Assembly: GCA_036785375.1 (NCBI GenBank)
Contig: JAWMAR010000185.1
Span: 4,650,001-4,714,000 of the forward strand
Direction: 5' to 3'
DNA from: Leucoraja ocellata
Taxonomy: Eukaryota
Length of the DNA stretch: 64,000 nt
The notes under the pieces are model-generated. The model worked only from the letters and a program-made list of their open reading frames with translations, was not told the origin of the DNA and made no database searches. The first letter of the stretch is position 1; each line of letters opens with the position of its first letter. Positions 49,519 to 62,110 of this stretch are shown in pieces. The translations under genes were made by a program, and so were the position numbers.

Positions 49519-51205
49519 CAGGTGCACAACCTTTTATCCGAAGTTCCAAATAACGAAAACCTCCGAATAGCGGACATTTTTTCAGTCCTTGAAGAAAGGT
49601 CCTTGAAAACGTTCACCGAGGGCGGCCCGCAGAGGTGACAGCGGAACCTCTGGTCGGTCCTCGAAGAAAGGGGAACTAAATCCCCATTCATAAAAGAGAA
49701 GGTGAGGGTATATTGCGCGGGAGGGTTAATAATTGACAATCTGCTGCTGCCTGCCCGCTGAGTTAAAACGTTCCCATGGTAGACTCACGATACATAGTGT
49801 ATCGTGAGTCTTGCATGAGAACTTTTTAACTCAGCGGGCAGGCAGCAGCAAATTGTCGCTCCCTTAAGTTTCACCCCACCTACACCCCTCTGCTTCCAGG
49901 GCATGTGTGTGACCCCTTCCCTCCCCTCTCCAGCTCCCCGCCCATTGCACCGGCGCGGGGGTTTTGCACTGTCTTCACGTCGGAGCTAGTGCCAGTCACC
50001 GGAGACGTCAGGACCAACGGGACACCGGCCCCCAGGCCCACTGCAAGCACGGAGATCCCAGAGACCCACAGCCAGCAGCAGCCCAGCCCCGTTCCAATTC
50101 CAGAGGAACACGCTCCCCGTAGGGACAGAAGCTGATGGTGTGCAAGGTACGTCTTGGTCTTGAGGTTGCGGATGAGGGGGCGCAGCTCGGGCTGTGACGT
50201 CTCCGGCCACCCCGTGTACAGGAGCTGAGACTGGGAACTGTGGGGTTGTTTGCAGTTGCAGAGGGAGGGGGCAAGGGCGGTACAGTTCCCAGTCTCAGCT
50301 CCATTCTAGGGGAGTGACTGGAGACGTCAGGACCAACGGGACACCGACTGCAAGCACCGAGATCCCAGAGACTCACAGCCAGCAGCAACTCTAGCCCAGC
50401 CCCGCTCCAACTCCAGAGGAACCCGGGTTGCGGATGAGGGGGCGCAGCTCGGGCTGTGGGCGAACTGCCACTTGTCGCTGTAGCGGCGCATCGGGGAGCG
50501 GGTTCCTGTTGGTCCTGACGTCTCCGGCCGTCCCCCTGGACAGGAGCTGAGAGACGCCAGGACCACCACAAGCCGCTCCCTGATGGGCCGCTACAGCGAC
50601 AAGTGGCAGTTCGCCCACAGCCCGAGCTGCGCCCCCTCATCGGGCCACCGACCCCCAGGCCCACTGCAAGCACGGAGATCCCAGAGACTCACAGCCAGCA
50701 ACAACTCTAGCCCAGCCCCGCTCCAACTCCAGAGGAACCCGGGTTGCGGATGAGGGGGCGCAGCTCGGGCTGTGGGCGAACTGCCACTTGTCGCCATAGC
50801 GGCCCATCGGGCAGCGGATTCCTCTGGAGTTGGAGCGACAGGGAGACACAGCGGCTTTTGAGAATGGTGGGCAATCACTTCCAAAGTTCTGCCCACACAG
50901 TCAGTACACCTCTCCTACACTTGTCTCCCGCACTAAGATTATCTCGCAGAGAATGATCCCAGCCTAACCCTCCCTATTCTCTCCTATTCTGCAAGAAAAA
51001 ACTACATTGAAGACTCAAACTCGCGATCGAGTAACTGCCGGGATCTAGGCGCAAACTCGCGACCTTGCGGATATGAGCCGAGCACTCTACCACTGAGCCA
51101 GCCGTTAAAATCTACGCTAAAAATCTTCCATTCTGAAAGCCGAAAAATTCTGAATTACGAAAAGTGTCTGGTCCCAAGGCTTTCGGATAAAAGGTTGTGC
51201 ACCTG
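49519..51205. mobile_element. Non-autonomous Tigger/pogo-like DNA transposon (1687 bp)
   Basis: Perfect 24-bp TIR CAGGTGCACAACCTTTTATCCGAA with TA TSD (49517-18 and 51206-07). The right end resembles MER46/Tigger4-type ends (CTTGGGACCAGA). The interior is GC-rich with direct and inverted repeats. Confidence 0.9.
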
Positions 51206-51622
51206 TATTCACCTAATAAGACATCTCCGAACCTGCTTGCATAGTTTTCCCAGATAATCGTCATAATCTTTTGGTGCACTGATTTGATGCTGGTATCTGC
51301 AGTTGAATGAATGCACACCATATAAATCTTCCTCTACGAGAGCAGTATACTTTCAAATGGTGATCAAGCTTTCTTTTGAATTTATTTCCCAAAACTTGGC
51401 TCTGTTATTGCTTGGCTATCCTTCCAAGTTCTTCTAGATCTAGGTCGAATATTTCATGAAAATATTTTTTGTTTGAGTCTGAAAGATGAAAAACATTTAA
51501 TATTTGCAAATTGGCCAACAAAGTATTCTCTATAAATGAGTACAAGTAATGTCATTTCCATTCCTGAGCACTGTAACAAAGTACTTTCTATTTTGCACAA
51601 TTTCGAGTTTGTTATAGTCGGG

Positions 51623-51667
51623 TTTATTAATTAAGGTAACCTGTACTTTACAGAATTGAAATTTATT
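51623..51667 (-). terminator. Candidate COA1 polyadenylation signals
   Basis: Two minus-strand AATAAA (plus-strand tttatt at 51623-51628 and 51662-51667), about 260-300 nt after the stop. Confidence 0.55.
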
Positions 51668-51926
51668 GCCAGAAGAATATGTCTTGCTGGACAAGTAGGA
51701 TATTTGCATTAAACTGAAATTGAAAATCCAGTCTTAGAATTTTACGTTAATTTCTGGATGAACCAGTGCTCAATCTTCACCAATCATTTTAAAATTATTT
51801 TTTACATATCAGAAGGTGAGCACCTTTTGAATTTTACAGATATATGAAATGGGCATCCTGTTACCGCCAGGACTCTGTTCATTTGATTAAGTCCAAAAAA
51901 CACTTTTGAAAGGCATTGCACATATA

Positions 51927-52014
51927 TTAGCTTTGGTCTTCATCCTTGGTCACGGAGAAAACTGAAAAGTGTTGGCCATCGAGCAATTGTAAAATGGCCT
52001 CTTGTAGAAACCAT
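51927..52014 (-). CDS. COA1: COA1 last coding exon, to stop TAA
   Basis: Acceptor cttttttggcag|A. Encodes (R)WFLQEAILQLLDGQHFSVFSVTKDEDQS*, matching COA1 W.L.E..L.L.DGQ. Total CDS is 94+152+77+88=411 nt (136 aa plus stop) with all phases consistent. Confidence 0.9.
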
Positions 52015-53638
52015 CTGCCAAAAAAGAATATGGATAAAGTTATAACTAATAATTTTTCAACAAAATGATGTTCCTTCATTAAAATATGTTTGTTGAATTA
52101 TGGTTACACAGGTGCTACCAATCATCTATTGCTTCATCCTGGTGGTTACTTTTATGAATGAATGACTTGTACAGCACCTATTTATCAAGGGAGGGCCACC
52201 ACAACCAAACTCAATCCTTAACTGATAAGAATTCTGATAAAAGTCAACTGGTCACCATCCCTCAGAATGTAACTCTGATCAATGGTAGGTGCATTATCTG
52301 CATACCAACATCAGATGTATGTCCTCAAAAACTGATTTCCAAGTAGAGAGAGAAAATGCTCTATGGCTATTCTCTGTGTCCTTGGAAAAATGTAACAGCC
52401 AAGAGACTAGAGTGTTTAATAGTTGTACGTGCTGAAAATGGAACAATGAAATTGTTACTTGCAGCAACATAACAGGTCTGTAAACACTGTACTCATAGAT
52501 AACACAATTAACAAAGTTCAATATTTTTTTTTTTAAAAGCTATTAGTGCAAAACAAGAGCATAGAAATCCCTCAACAAAGATTGCTCATACTGGAGAAGG
52601 AACAGCCAGAAACCTTCCAAGGTACAAATAATCCAATCAACCCATTCAGATCCCACAAGTGGTGGGTCTGTAGACTACACACAGACAGAAGATTTTATAT
52701 GGCTGAAATCCCACATGGGAGACTTGTTGAAAAAGAGTGGGGCCTTTGGGATGCAGGGCAAGTTGGCAAATTTGCTTGGCAATAGGAGACGAGGGTAATG
52801 GTAGACGTTTGTTACGATTGGATGCCTGTGACTAGTGGTGCTTCACTTGCTTTGTTGCTGTATCCTTGCTGTTTGTAATATGTGAACAATTGATGTTGAA
52901 GACATGATCAGTGAGTTCACGTGATGTAAAGATTCACTTTCAAGGAATGACTCTTAATGAATATAATTCTGGGATTTTTCCCAGAAAGGCAAGAATTGGG
53001 GGAAAAAATAAAATAATTCAAGACAATTACAGTGTGAAAATTACCAGCAAAACAGTGCCTACGCCTCATAATGATTGCACTTCAAAATAATTGGAAAAAT
53101 ATAAAGCTATAGAGTTTAACATATTTAATTGAAAGAACAAAATTGTGACAACTTAAGTGCTATGTAAATTAAAGTCATAAATTGTCAGATACTGGAAATG
53201 TGAAATAAATAGAAAATGTTGGAAACATTCGGCACATCTGTGGAAAGAGAAACCATTAATGTTGTGTTCAGGACTAAATCAGAACTGCTAAGTGTTACAT
53301 TGTACCTATAATTGCCACTCACAATCACAGTATTTTCTCGTCTCAAAATAATTCAAGCAGAAAAAAGCAGATGGCAAAGGAAGCACACCCATGGATAAAC
53401 TGAAACAGATCTCAGTTCGAGCCGCATAATCATACAGCCCAGAAACAGGCTCTTCAGGTCCATCGCAACAATATTAATCCCATTTCTTAACAATTGGTTC
53501 ACACCCTTCCATGCATTTCCAATTCAAATGATCATCTGATAATTAAATGTTGTGAGAAACCATTTCTCCATAAACTCCTACGGCAATGCATTCCAAACCA
53601 TGGCAGGGCTCTGGAAAGTGTTGTAGAGCAGAGGGATT

Positions 53639-54455
53639 TAGAAACATAGAAACATAGAAAATGTGTGCATGAGTAGGCCATTCGGCCCTTCGAGCCTGCA
53701 CCACCATTCAATATGATCATGGCTGATCATCCAACTCAGTATCTTGTACCTGCCTTCTCTCCATACCCCCTGATCCCTTTAGCCACAAGGGCCACATCTA
53801 ACTCCCTCTTAAATATAGCCAATGAACTGGCCTCAACTACCTTCTGCGGGAGAGAATTCCAGAGATAAAAAAGTTTTCCTCATCTCGGTCCTAAAATATT
53901 TCCCCCTTATCCTTAAACTGTGACCCCTTGTTCTGGACTTCCCCAACATCGGTAACAATCTTCCTGCATCTAGCCTGTCCAACCCCTTAAGAATTTTGTA
54001 AGTTTCTATAAGATCCCCCCCTCAATCTTCTAAATTCTAGCGAGTACAAACCGAGTCTATCCAGTCTTTCTTCATATGGAAGTCCTGACATCCCAGGAAT
54101 CAGTCTGGTGAACCTTCTCTATACTCCCTCTATGGCAAGGATGTCTTTCCTTAGATTAAGAGACCAAAACTTTACGCAATACTCCAGGTGTGGTCTCACC
54201 AAGACCCTGTACAACTGCAGTAGAACCTCCCTGCTCCTATACTCAAATCCTTTTGCTATGAATGCTAACATACCATTTGCCTTCTTCACTGCCTGCTGCA
54301 CCTGCATGCCTGCTTTTAATGACTGGTGTACCATGACACCCAGGTCTCGTTGCATCTCCCCCTTTCCTAATCGGCCACCATTCAGATAATAATCTACTTT
54401 CCTGTTTTTGCCACCAAAGTGGATAACCTCACATTTATCCACATTATGCTGCATT
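53639..54455 (-). mobile_element. Young CR1 3' fragment ((TTTCTATG)n-tail subfamily) nested in an older plus-strand CR1
   Basis: [33 protein letters not shown]. The tail reads tagaaacatagaaacatagaaa on +. Confidence 0.9.
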
Positions 54456-55292
54456 TAGGTACATTGTTCCTTGAAAAGAGGCGCCGCACGTAGATAGGGT
54501 GGTCAATAAGGTTTTCGGTACTTGGCCTTCATCAGTGAGAGTATTGAGTATAGGAGTTGGAGTGTTGTATTCAGTTTTGGTTACCCTATTATAGGAAAAA
54601 TGTTTACGAGGGCCTGAGCTACAGGGAGAAGTGGGGCAGGATAGGACTTTATTCCTTGCAGCACAAGAGGATGAGAGGTGATCTCGAGAGGAATAATAGG
54701 GTAAATGTATAAGAAGGAACTGCAGATGCTGGAAAATCGAAGGTAGACAAAACTTTGCCTGCATCTTTCGCTCCATAGATGCTGCCTCACCCGCTGAGTT
54801 TCTCCAGCATTTTTGTCTACCAAAGGGTAAATGCTATATGAAATGAGCTGTTGGAGGACTTTGTTGACGCAGGTACTATCACAATATTTAAGAAGCATTT
54901 GGACAGGTGTATGGATATGATGGGTTTGGAGGGGTTTGGACCAAAGGAAAGGCAGGTAGGCCATGTAGATAGGGGAACGTTGGGCTGAAAGGCCAGTTTC
55001 CACACTGTATGACTAAATTACAACTATCCTATCGATAAAAAGTTTTCTTCAGATCCCATCTAAACATCCCTTTACCCTATATCTAAGCACTTTTTTTGTT
55101 ATTTCAGTTGAACTCCATCACACCTTCGCATCTCATGGCCGTGTAAAGACCAAACTTAGATGAACTTGCCTTCCTACTTCAAAATCAAGGATGATTTGTT
55201 TGCACAGCAGGTTTGTAGGCAACTGAGGTTAATGTACTGCCCTCAGGCTCTGCCACAGATGTGGCAGGAGGACCTTGATGGTACCAATAGAC

Positions 55293-55944
55293 CAGGCACG
55301 TGCCGTGAGTAAATACTCAAGGTAGCCAGTCAGTCGGCTTTAAAAAAATAAATTAAACCACACATGCGCAGATTGTTCACTCCGTAAAAAATAAAAAATA
55401 AAATTAAAAACAGTAACAATTCAATTTGCCCATGGTTTCCTAGTCTCCTTTATTCTTAAGTACTGAATGGGTGGGGGGTGAAGGGTGATGGCAGGTGAAG
55501 AGATGGTGGGGAAAAACGGGAGTACAGGGAAAAGTTGAATCAGTTGTCATCTTATTGAATGACAGGACTTGTTCAAGGGACCAATTGGGGGGAGAGTTCC
55601 TTTCATAGCGTGTGGAGAGTCTGTGCCAGGGGGTAAAGTTGCGGGGAGGGCAGGAGCGTTGAGAAGGAGGGGGTCGTGGATAATGCCAGTTCCTCACTCA
55701 CCGCTGCTGCAGCTCTCCGGGCGCGAAGCCACTGCACTGTAGCCAGGGATAGAAGCAGCTCGGGTGCTGCGAGCGGCCGCCGTGACTTGACAGCAGAACT
55801 GGCTGAGCGAGCGGCAGGTGCAAAGTGTTCAGACGGAGAGCTTCCAGAGGTGAGCGGGGGACGGCAGAAGGCGCTGAAGTGGCGGCCGGTTCTGCTGTCC
55901 GGCCCGGCGGCCGCTCACAGCCACCCGAGCTGCTTCTCCCTCCG

Positions 55945-55975
<31 letters not shown>

Positions 55976-56407
55976 CATCAACGGTAGCTCCATGCAAGTA
56001 GCGTCGCAAGTGGCATTATCCCGATCCACTCCTTCACAACATTTGTGCCCTCCCCACAACTTTACCCCGGGTCATATTTGAAAACCCCGCCAAGAAACTA
56101 GCGCTGCGCATGTGCAGTAGGCTGCTGTGCCTGCGCAGTGCTGCAAAGGCAGAATTTCTGCTGCCTTCAGCCCAGCTTGAAATTGACGGCTTCAGGCAGT
56201 TCCGACTGCACGTGGGCTGCACAGACCTTCAAGGGTTACAAGTGTTGCGGTTGAAAGGCACGGAGAATTATGCCTACCTAAGAGATCGATCTCTTAGATA
56301 GGCATAATTCTCCCATGCCTTTACTATTTATATTTAGTTATTAACATTTTATAATTTTAGTCAGGGTAGGCAGTGCCTTCCTTGCCTACCCTGATGGCAC
56401 GTGCCTG
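55293..56407. mobile_element. Non-autonomous hAT transposon (1115 bp)
   Basis: 12-bp TIR CAGGCACGTGCC and perfect 8-bp TSD CAATAGAC (55285-92 and 56408-15). CpG-rich interior with a palindrome at 56254-56322. Confidence 0.93.
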
Positions 56408-57091
56408 CAATAGACGGGTGGCATGTGAAAGGATGTGCTCATTCTGCCACCCACACACTGGGTTTCTGTGTGCTCTTGATCATCACTCTGCCAAAGATAA
56501 TACAACAGGGTGGCATAGCTGGTCAAGCTGTTGCTTTGCAGTGCCAGATACCTCTGTTTGATCCTGACCTCGGGTGCTCTCTATGTGGAGTTTGCATGTT
56601 CTCCCTGTGATGTGCTCCAGTTTCCTCCCATATCGAGTTTCTGGGTTAATTGGCCTCTGTAAAGTAATTTTTAAAAATATAATGTATTTCTAAGGCTTAA
56701 ATCTCTTTCATCCTGTTTAGCCGTGTTAGTCTAATTCCCATCCTTGATCCTTCTTGGCTGAACAATTTAAAAAAAAAAGCTATTTACACTTGCATATGCT
56801 TACTCTTCACCACATATAAAAATAAATTTTAGTTTATGATGTATAAAAATGGCGTTGAGAACAGCATCTACTCTTGAACCTAACCAGTTATATCTCCTTG
56901 GACCATTTAAGGAACCTTGGATTAACACAATTTCTGCCTACATAAAGATTGAAGCTGGTCTCTTCAAATATTAATCTTCACTGTTTTTCATTCTTTGCAA
57001 CATTACGAATAGGACAAAGACAAACACAAGGTATAAACTTTTGAAAAGGACAATTCAGCATTCAATTTGTTAGATACATGCTAAATATTAC

Positions 57092-57168
57092 CTTTTCTGT
57101 ACAGTGTCCCTTATACAATAGGTGTGGAGATAACCAGCTGATTTATTTCCACATACTGGAATTATAAT
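57092..57168 (-). CDS. COA1: COA1 third coding exon (77 bp)
   Basis: Acceptor ttgtttacag|ATT and donor AG|gtaata. Encodes IIIPVCGNKSAGYLHTYCIRDTVQK(R), matching COA1 IPVSGSKSEG.LY. Not in the ORF track. Confidence 0.9.
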
Positions 57169-57498
57169 CTGTAAACAATGAGGCACAATCATTATGAGAT
57201 GAATATTTTTGCAAAAGATCATTTGGTAAATTAACTGTATAGATTGCATTGTTATTTTAATTGTCCAGGACCCACTTCCAACTATTGTTCTTCAAATATT
57301 ATGTGTTTACTGTAGCATAGCATCTTATATAATCCAGGATCTGAGAAGTTGAACATCTAAATCTAGAAGTGTGAACACTACCATGTATTAACATGGCAGA
57401 TGAAAAGCACTTTGTGGAAATGCTGCTTTATGTCGAAGGAACCGACAATTCACATGCAGAGGCAGAAGTGAAAAAGAAATAGTAGGTGAACACTGTAC

Positions 57499-57650
57499 CC
57501 TTGCACTTATTCCATCCACGCGGTTTTTTCTGTTGGTAAGTTTGATATTTCTGATCTGGAGAGGAGGGGCTCCCAAGGCATCCAGTGCTATATCATTTTT
57601 CTTGAGCTCTTCGATTGCCAACTTGTAATATTCTGACTTGGCGAAGGTTT
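57499..57650 (-). CDS. COA1: COA1 second coding exon (152 bp)
   Basis: Acceptor ttgcatag|AA and donor AGG|gtacag. Encodes (Q)TFAKSEYYKLAIEELKKNDIALDALGAPPLQIRNIKLTNRKNRVDGISAR, matching the COA1 pattern YYKLA..L.....EALG.P...N.VD...A. Confidence 0.92.
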
Positions 57651-57744
57651 CTATGCAATCACAGAATCATAAGCAAGATCACTGTACAGGTGCCCCCCAT
57701 GTTATGGTCATTCATGATATGGAAATTCACAAATCATGTCATTC

Positions 57745-58352
57745 ACAAATCAGTATAGGAGCAAAGAGTTCCTTCTGCAGTTGTACAGGGCCCTAGTGAG
57801 ACCATACCTGGAGTATTGTGTGCAGTTTTGGTCTCCAAATTCGAGGAAGGACATTCTTGCTATTGAGGGAGTGCAGCGTAGGTTCACAAGGTTAATTCCC
57901 GGGATGGCGGGACGCATATGCTGAGAGCATGAAGCGGCTGGACTTGTGTACTCTGGAATTTAGAAGAATTAGGGGATCTTATTAAAACATATAAGATTAT
58001 TAAGGATTTGGACACGCTAGAGGCAGGAAACATGTTCCCGATGTTGGGGGAGTCCAGAACCAGGGGCCACAGTTTAAGAATAAAGGGTAAGCCATTTAGA
58101 ATGGAGGTGAGGAAACACTTTTTCACACAGAGTTGTGGGTGTGTGGAATTCTCTGCCTCGGAGGGTGGTGGAGGCTGGTTCTCTGGATACTTTCAAGGGA
58201 GAGCTAGATAGGGCTCTTAAAGATAGTGGAGTCAGGGGGTATGGGGAGAAGGCAGGAACGGGGTACAGATTTTGAATGATCAGCCATAATCCCATTGAAT
58301 GGCGGTGCTGGCTCGAAGGGTCGAATGGTCTACTCCTGCACCTATTGTCTAT
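57745..58352 (+). mobile_element. CR1 3' fragment (TTGTCTA-tail subfamily)
   Basis: [36 protein letters not shown] and a 3'UTR. Confidence 0.9.
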
Positions 58353-59406
58353 TACCCCAAAATCCAAGATACAAAAATAAAATTTACCATTGCTCAACAT
58401 ATGAGGTGGACAAAAATAAGAATAATTAACTTAAAATAACCACAATGTGAAAGAAGCCATAAGTTTTTGCTTTTACCTCTTGCATCTCTGGATGCAGATG
58501 CAAATAATGTGGCTTTTTAAAGTGAGGTTTCTCCTCAAACAAGGAGACTAAAAGTGTACTTGGTTTGCCTTGTACAGCTGTAGCAGTATTTCCCGACTAT
58601 TACACTTAATCTCTCTTGCAATAAAAGGTAACATTCTATTTGCATTCCTAACAACTTGATATACCTGCAAATTAATTTGTGGTATGCAGCCAAATTTCTC
58701 TCTAAAGCTGGATATAAACATTATTCTGTTCCTCTATTTCTACTACTCAAGTCAAGAGTGTTTTATTGTCATATGTCCCAGATAGGACAATGAAATTCTT
58801 CCTTGCTGCAGCACAACAGAATATGTAAACATAGTGCATAACAGGAGGAAAAAAAAGTATCGCCTACTACCGCACATTTTCTTTAGGCACATGTGCCTAA
58901 TTTTTGCCCATTCACTGAAGCTACCACTTTGCAGACTTTGCGTTCTCCTCCCACCTTGTTTTCATGAAACAAATTTGGCCCCATTATTTATGGTTTGTCA
59001 ACCATTAACTATAAATAGCAACAACTGCAGTCAGTAGACGTTGCAACCAAGCCACCATTTACCAACTTCTGGAGGGAGAAATTCCAGATCTCCACCAACT
59101 TTTGTTTAAAAATATGCTTCCTAATGTAATCCCTCATCTCTAGCTTTACCTTTATAATGTTATTTTGGGCTCACCTGTCAGTTTGCTAGTGAGCAGATAT
59201 TTCATGGACATTGTAGATAATTGTCGATAAGCTTACAAAGTTGAGTGAAATGGCTGAGGGACTGGTAAATGGTGTGAGAAGAACTGATTATTAGGATTGT
59301 ACTATCCTATTGTATAAAAATCCAGTCTGAATCATATTGGTCCATGACTGCCAACAATGGGGAGTATCTGTTCAGCCAATTGAATACTTGAGCAACCATA
59401 ATGTCA

Positions 59407-61094
59407 CTAAGGAAGACATAAATAATCTGCCGGAAATAGCAAGGGACCGGGGGTCAAATGAGATTGAGGAACTGAGTGAAATCTAGGTTAGTCGGGAAGT
59501 GGTGTTAGGTAAATTGAATGGATTAAAGGCCGATAAATCCCCAGGGCCAGATGGGCTGCATCCCAGAGTGCTTAAGGAAGTAGCCCCAGAAATAGTGGAT
59601 GCATTAGTGATAATTTTTCAAAACTCTTTAGATTTTGGAGTAATTCCGGAGGATTGGATGGTAGCTAATGTAACCCCACTTTTTAAAAAGGGAGGGAGAT
59701 TGAAAACGGGGAATTACAGACCAGTTAGTCTAACATCGGTAGTGGGGAAAATATTAGAGTCAGTTATTAAAGATGGGATAGCAGCACATTTGGAAAGTGG
59801 TGAAATCATTGGACAAAGTCAGCATGGATTTATGAAAGGTAAATCATGGCTGACGAATCTTATAGAATTTTTCGAGGATGTAACTAGTAGAGTAGATAAG
59901 GGAGAACCAGTGGATGTGTTATATCTGGACTTTCAGAAGGCTTTTGACAAGGTCCCACATAAGAGATTAGTATGCAAACTTAAAGCACACGGTATTAGGG
60001 GTTCAGTATTGATGTGGATAGAGAACTGGCTGGCAGACAGGAAGCAAAGAGTAGGAGTAAACGGGTCCTTTTCAGAATGGCAGGCAGTGACTAGTGGGGT
60101 ACAGCAAGACTCAGTGCTGGGACCCCAGCTATTTACAATATATATCAATGATTTGGACGAGGGAATTGAATGCAACATCTCCAAGTTTGCGGATGACACG
60201 AAGCTGGGGGTCAGTGTTAGCTGTGAGGAGGATGCTAGGAGGTTGCAAGGTGACTTGGATAGGTTGGGTGAATGGGCAAATACATCACAGATGCAGTATA
60301 ATGTGGATAAATGTGAGGTTATTCACTTTGGTGGCAAAAACAGGAAAGTAGACTATTATCTGAATGGTGGCCAATTAGGAAAAGGGGAGATGCAACGAGA
60401 CCTGGGTGTCATGATACACCAGTCATTGAAAGTAGGCATGCAGGTGCAGCAGGCAGTGAAGAAATCGAATGGTATGTTAGCATTCATAGCAAAAGGATTT
60501 GAGTATAGGAGCAGGGAGGTCCTACTGCAGTTGTACAGGGCCTTGGTGAGACCACACCTGGAGTATTGCGTACAGTGTTGGTCTCCTAATCTGAGGAACA
60601 ACATTGTTGCCATAGAGGGAGTACAGAGAAGGTTCACCAGACTGATTCCTGGGATGGCAGGACTTTCATATGAAGAAAGACTGGATAGACTCGGCTTGTA
60701 CTCGCTAGAATTTAGAAAATTGAGGGGGGATCTTATAGAAACTTACAAAATTCTTAAGGGGTTGGACAGGCTAGATGCAAGAAGATTGTTCCCGATGTTG
60801 GGGAAGTCAAGAACAAGGGGTCACAGTTTAAGGATAAGGGGGAAATCTTTTAGGACCAAGATGAGAATTTTTTTTTCACACAGAGAGTGGTAAATCTGTG
60901 GAATACTCTGCCACAGAAAGTAATTGAGGCCAGTTCATTGGCTATATTTAAGAGGGAGTTAGATGTGGCCCTTGTGGCTAGAGGAATCAGGGGGTATGGA
61001 GAGAAGGCAGGTACAGGATACAGAGTTGGATGATCAGCCATGATCATATTGAATGGCGGTGCAGGCTCGAAGGGCCGAATAGCCTACTCCTGCA
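59407..61094 (+). mobile_element. Young 5'-truncated CR1 LINE with 464-codon open RT frame
   Basis: ORF 59499-60893: KSPGPDGLHPRVLKE, NYRPVSLTS, QHGF, YLDFQKAFDKVPH, KFADD, RDLGV. The tail reads ttttctatatttcta. Confidence 0.95.
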
Positions 61095-61245
61095 CCTATT
61101 TTCTATATTTCTATAAATGGGTAGTGTTGTACTTTGTCATAGTCAGAGTGATACAGTGTGGAAACGGGCTCTATTCGCCCACACTGCCAACAATGTCCCA
61201 CTTGCCTGCGCTTCGTCCATATGCCTGCAAGCCTGTCCTATCCAT

Positions 61246-62110
61246 GTAGACAATAAACAATAGGTGGAGGATAGGCCATTCGGCCCTTCTAGCCAGCACC
61301 GCCATTCAATATGATCATGGCTGATCATCCCCAATCCGTACCCTGTTGCTGCCTTCTCCCCATATCCCCTGACTCCGCTATCTTTAAGAGCCCTATCCAG
61401 CTCTCTCTTGAAAGTATCCAGAGAACCGTCCTCCACCGCCCTCTGAGGCAGAGAATTCCACAGACTCGCAACTCTCTGTGAGAAAAGTGTTTACTCGTCT
61501 ATGTTCTAAATGGCTTGCCCCTTATTCTTAAACTGTGGCCCCTGGTTCTGGACTCCCCAACATCGGGAACATGTTTCCTGCCTCGAGCGTGTCCAAACCC
61601 TTATTAACCTTATATGGTTCAATAAGATCCCCTCTCATCCTTCTAAACTCCAGAGTATACACGCCCAGCCGCTCCATTCTCTCAGCATATGACAGTCCCG
61701 CCATCCCGGGAATTAACCTTGTAAACCTACGCTGCACTCCCTCAATAGCAAGAATGTCCTTCCTCAAATTAGGGGACCAAAACTGCACACAATATTCCAG
61801 GTGCGGTCTCACTAGGGCTCTATACAACAGTGAAAGAACCTCTTTGCTCCTCTATTCAACTCCTCTTGTTATAAATGCCAACATGCCATTCGCTTTCTTC
61901 ACTGCCTGCTGTACCTGCATGTTTACTTTCATTGACTGATGAACAAGGACCCCCAGATCCTGTTGTACTTCCCCGTTTCCCAACTTGACAACATTTAGAA
62001 AGTAATCTGCTTTCCTGTTTTTGCCACCAGTGGATAACCTCACATTTATTCACATTTAACTGAATCTGCCATGCACCTGCCCACTCACCCAACCTGTCCA
62101 CGTCGCACTG
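61246..62110 (-). mobile_element. CR1 3' fragment (TTGTCTA-tail subfamily)
   Basis: [55 protein letters not shown]. Confidence 0.9.

Noticed and set aside
51036-51103. Functional tRNA-Met gene
   Set aside because: No proper acceptor stem or TTCRA T-loop, and it sits in a transposon. Kept only as a tRNA-like relic.
59499-60893. 464-aa RT ORF as a domesticated gene or autonomous LINE
   Set aside because: 5'-truncated with no endonuclease or ORF1, GVPQG mutated to GVQQD, a terminal frameshift, and closely similar to neighbouring CR1 copies.
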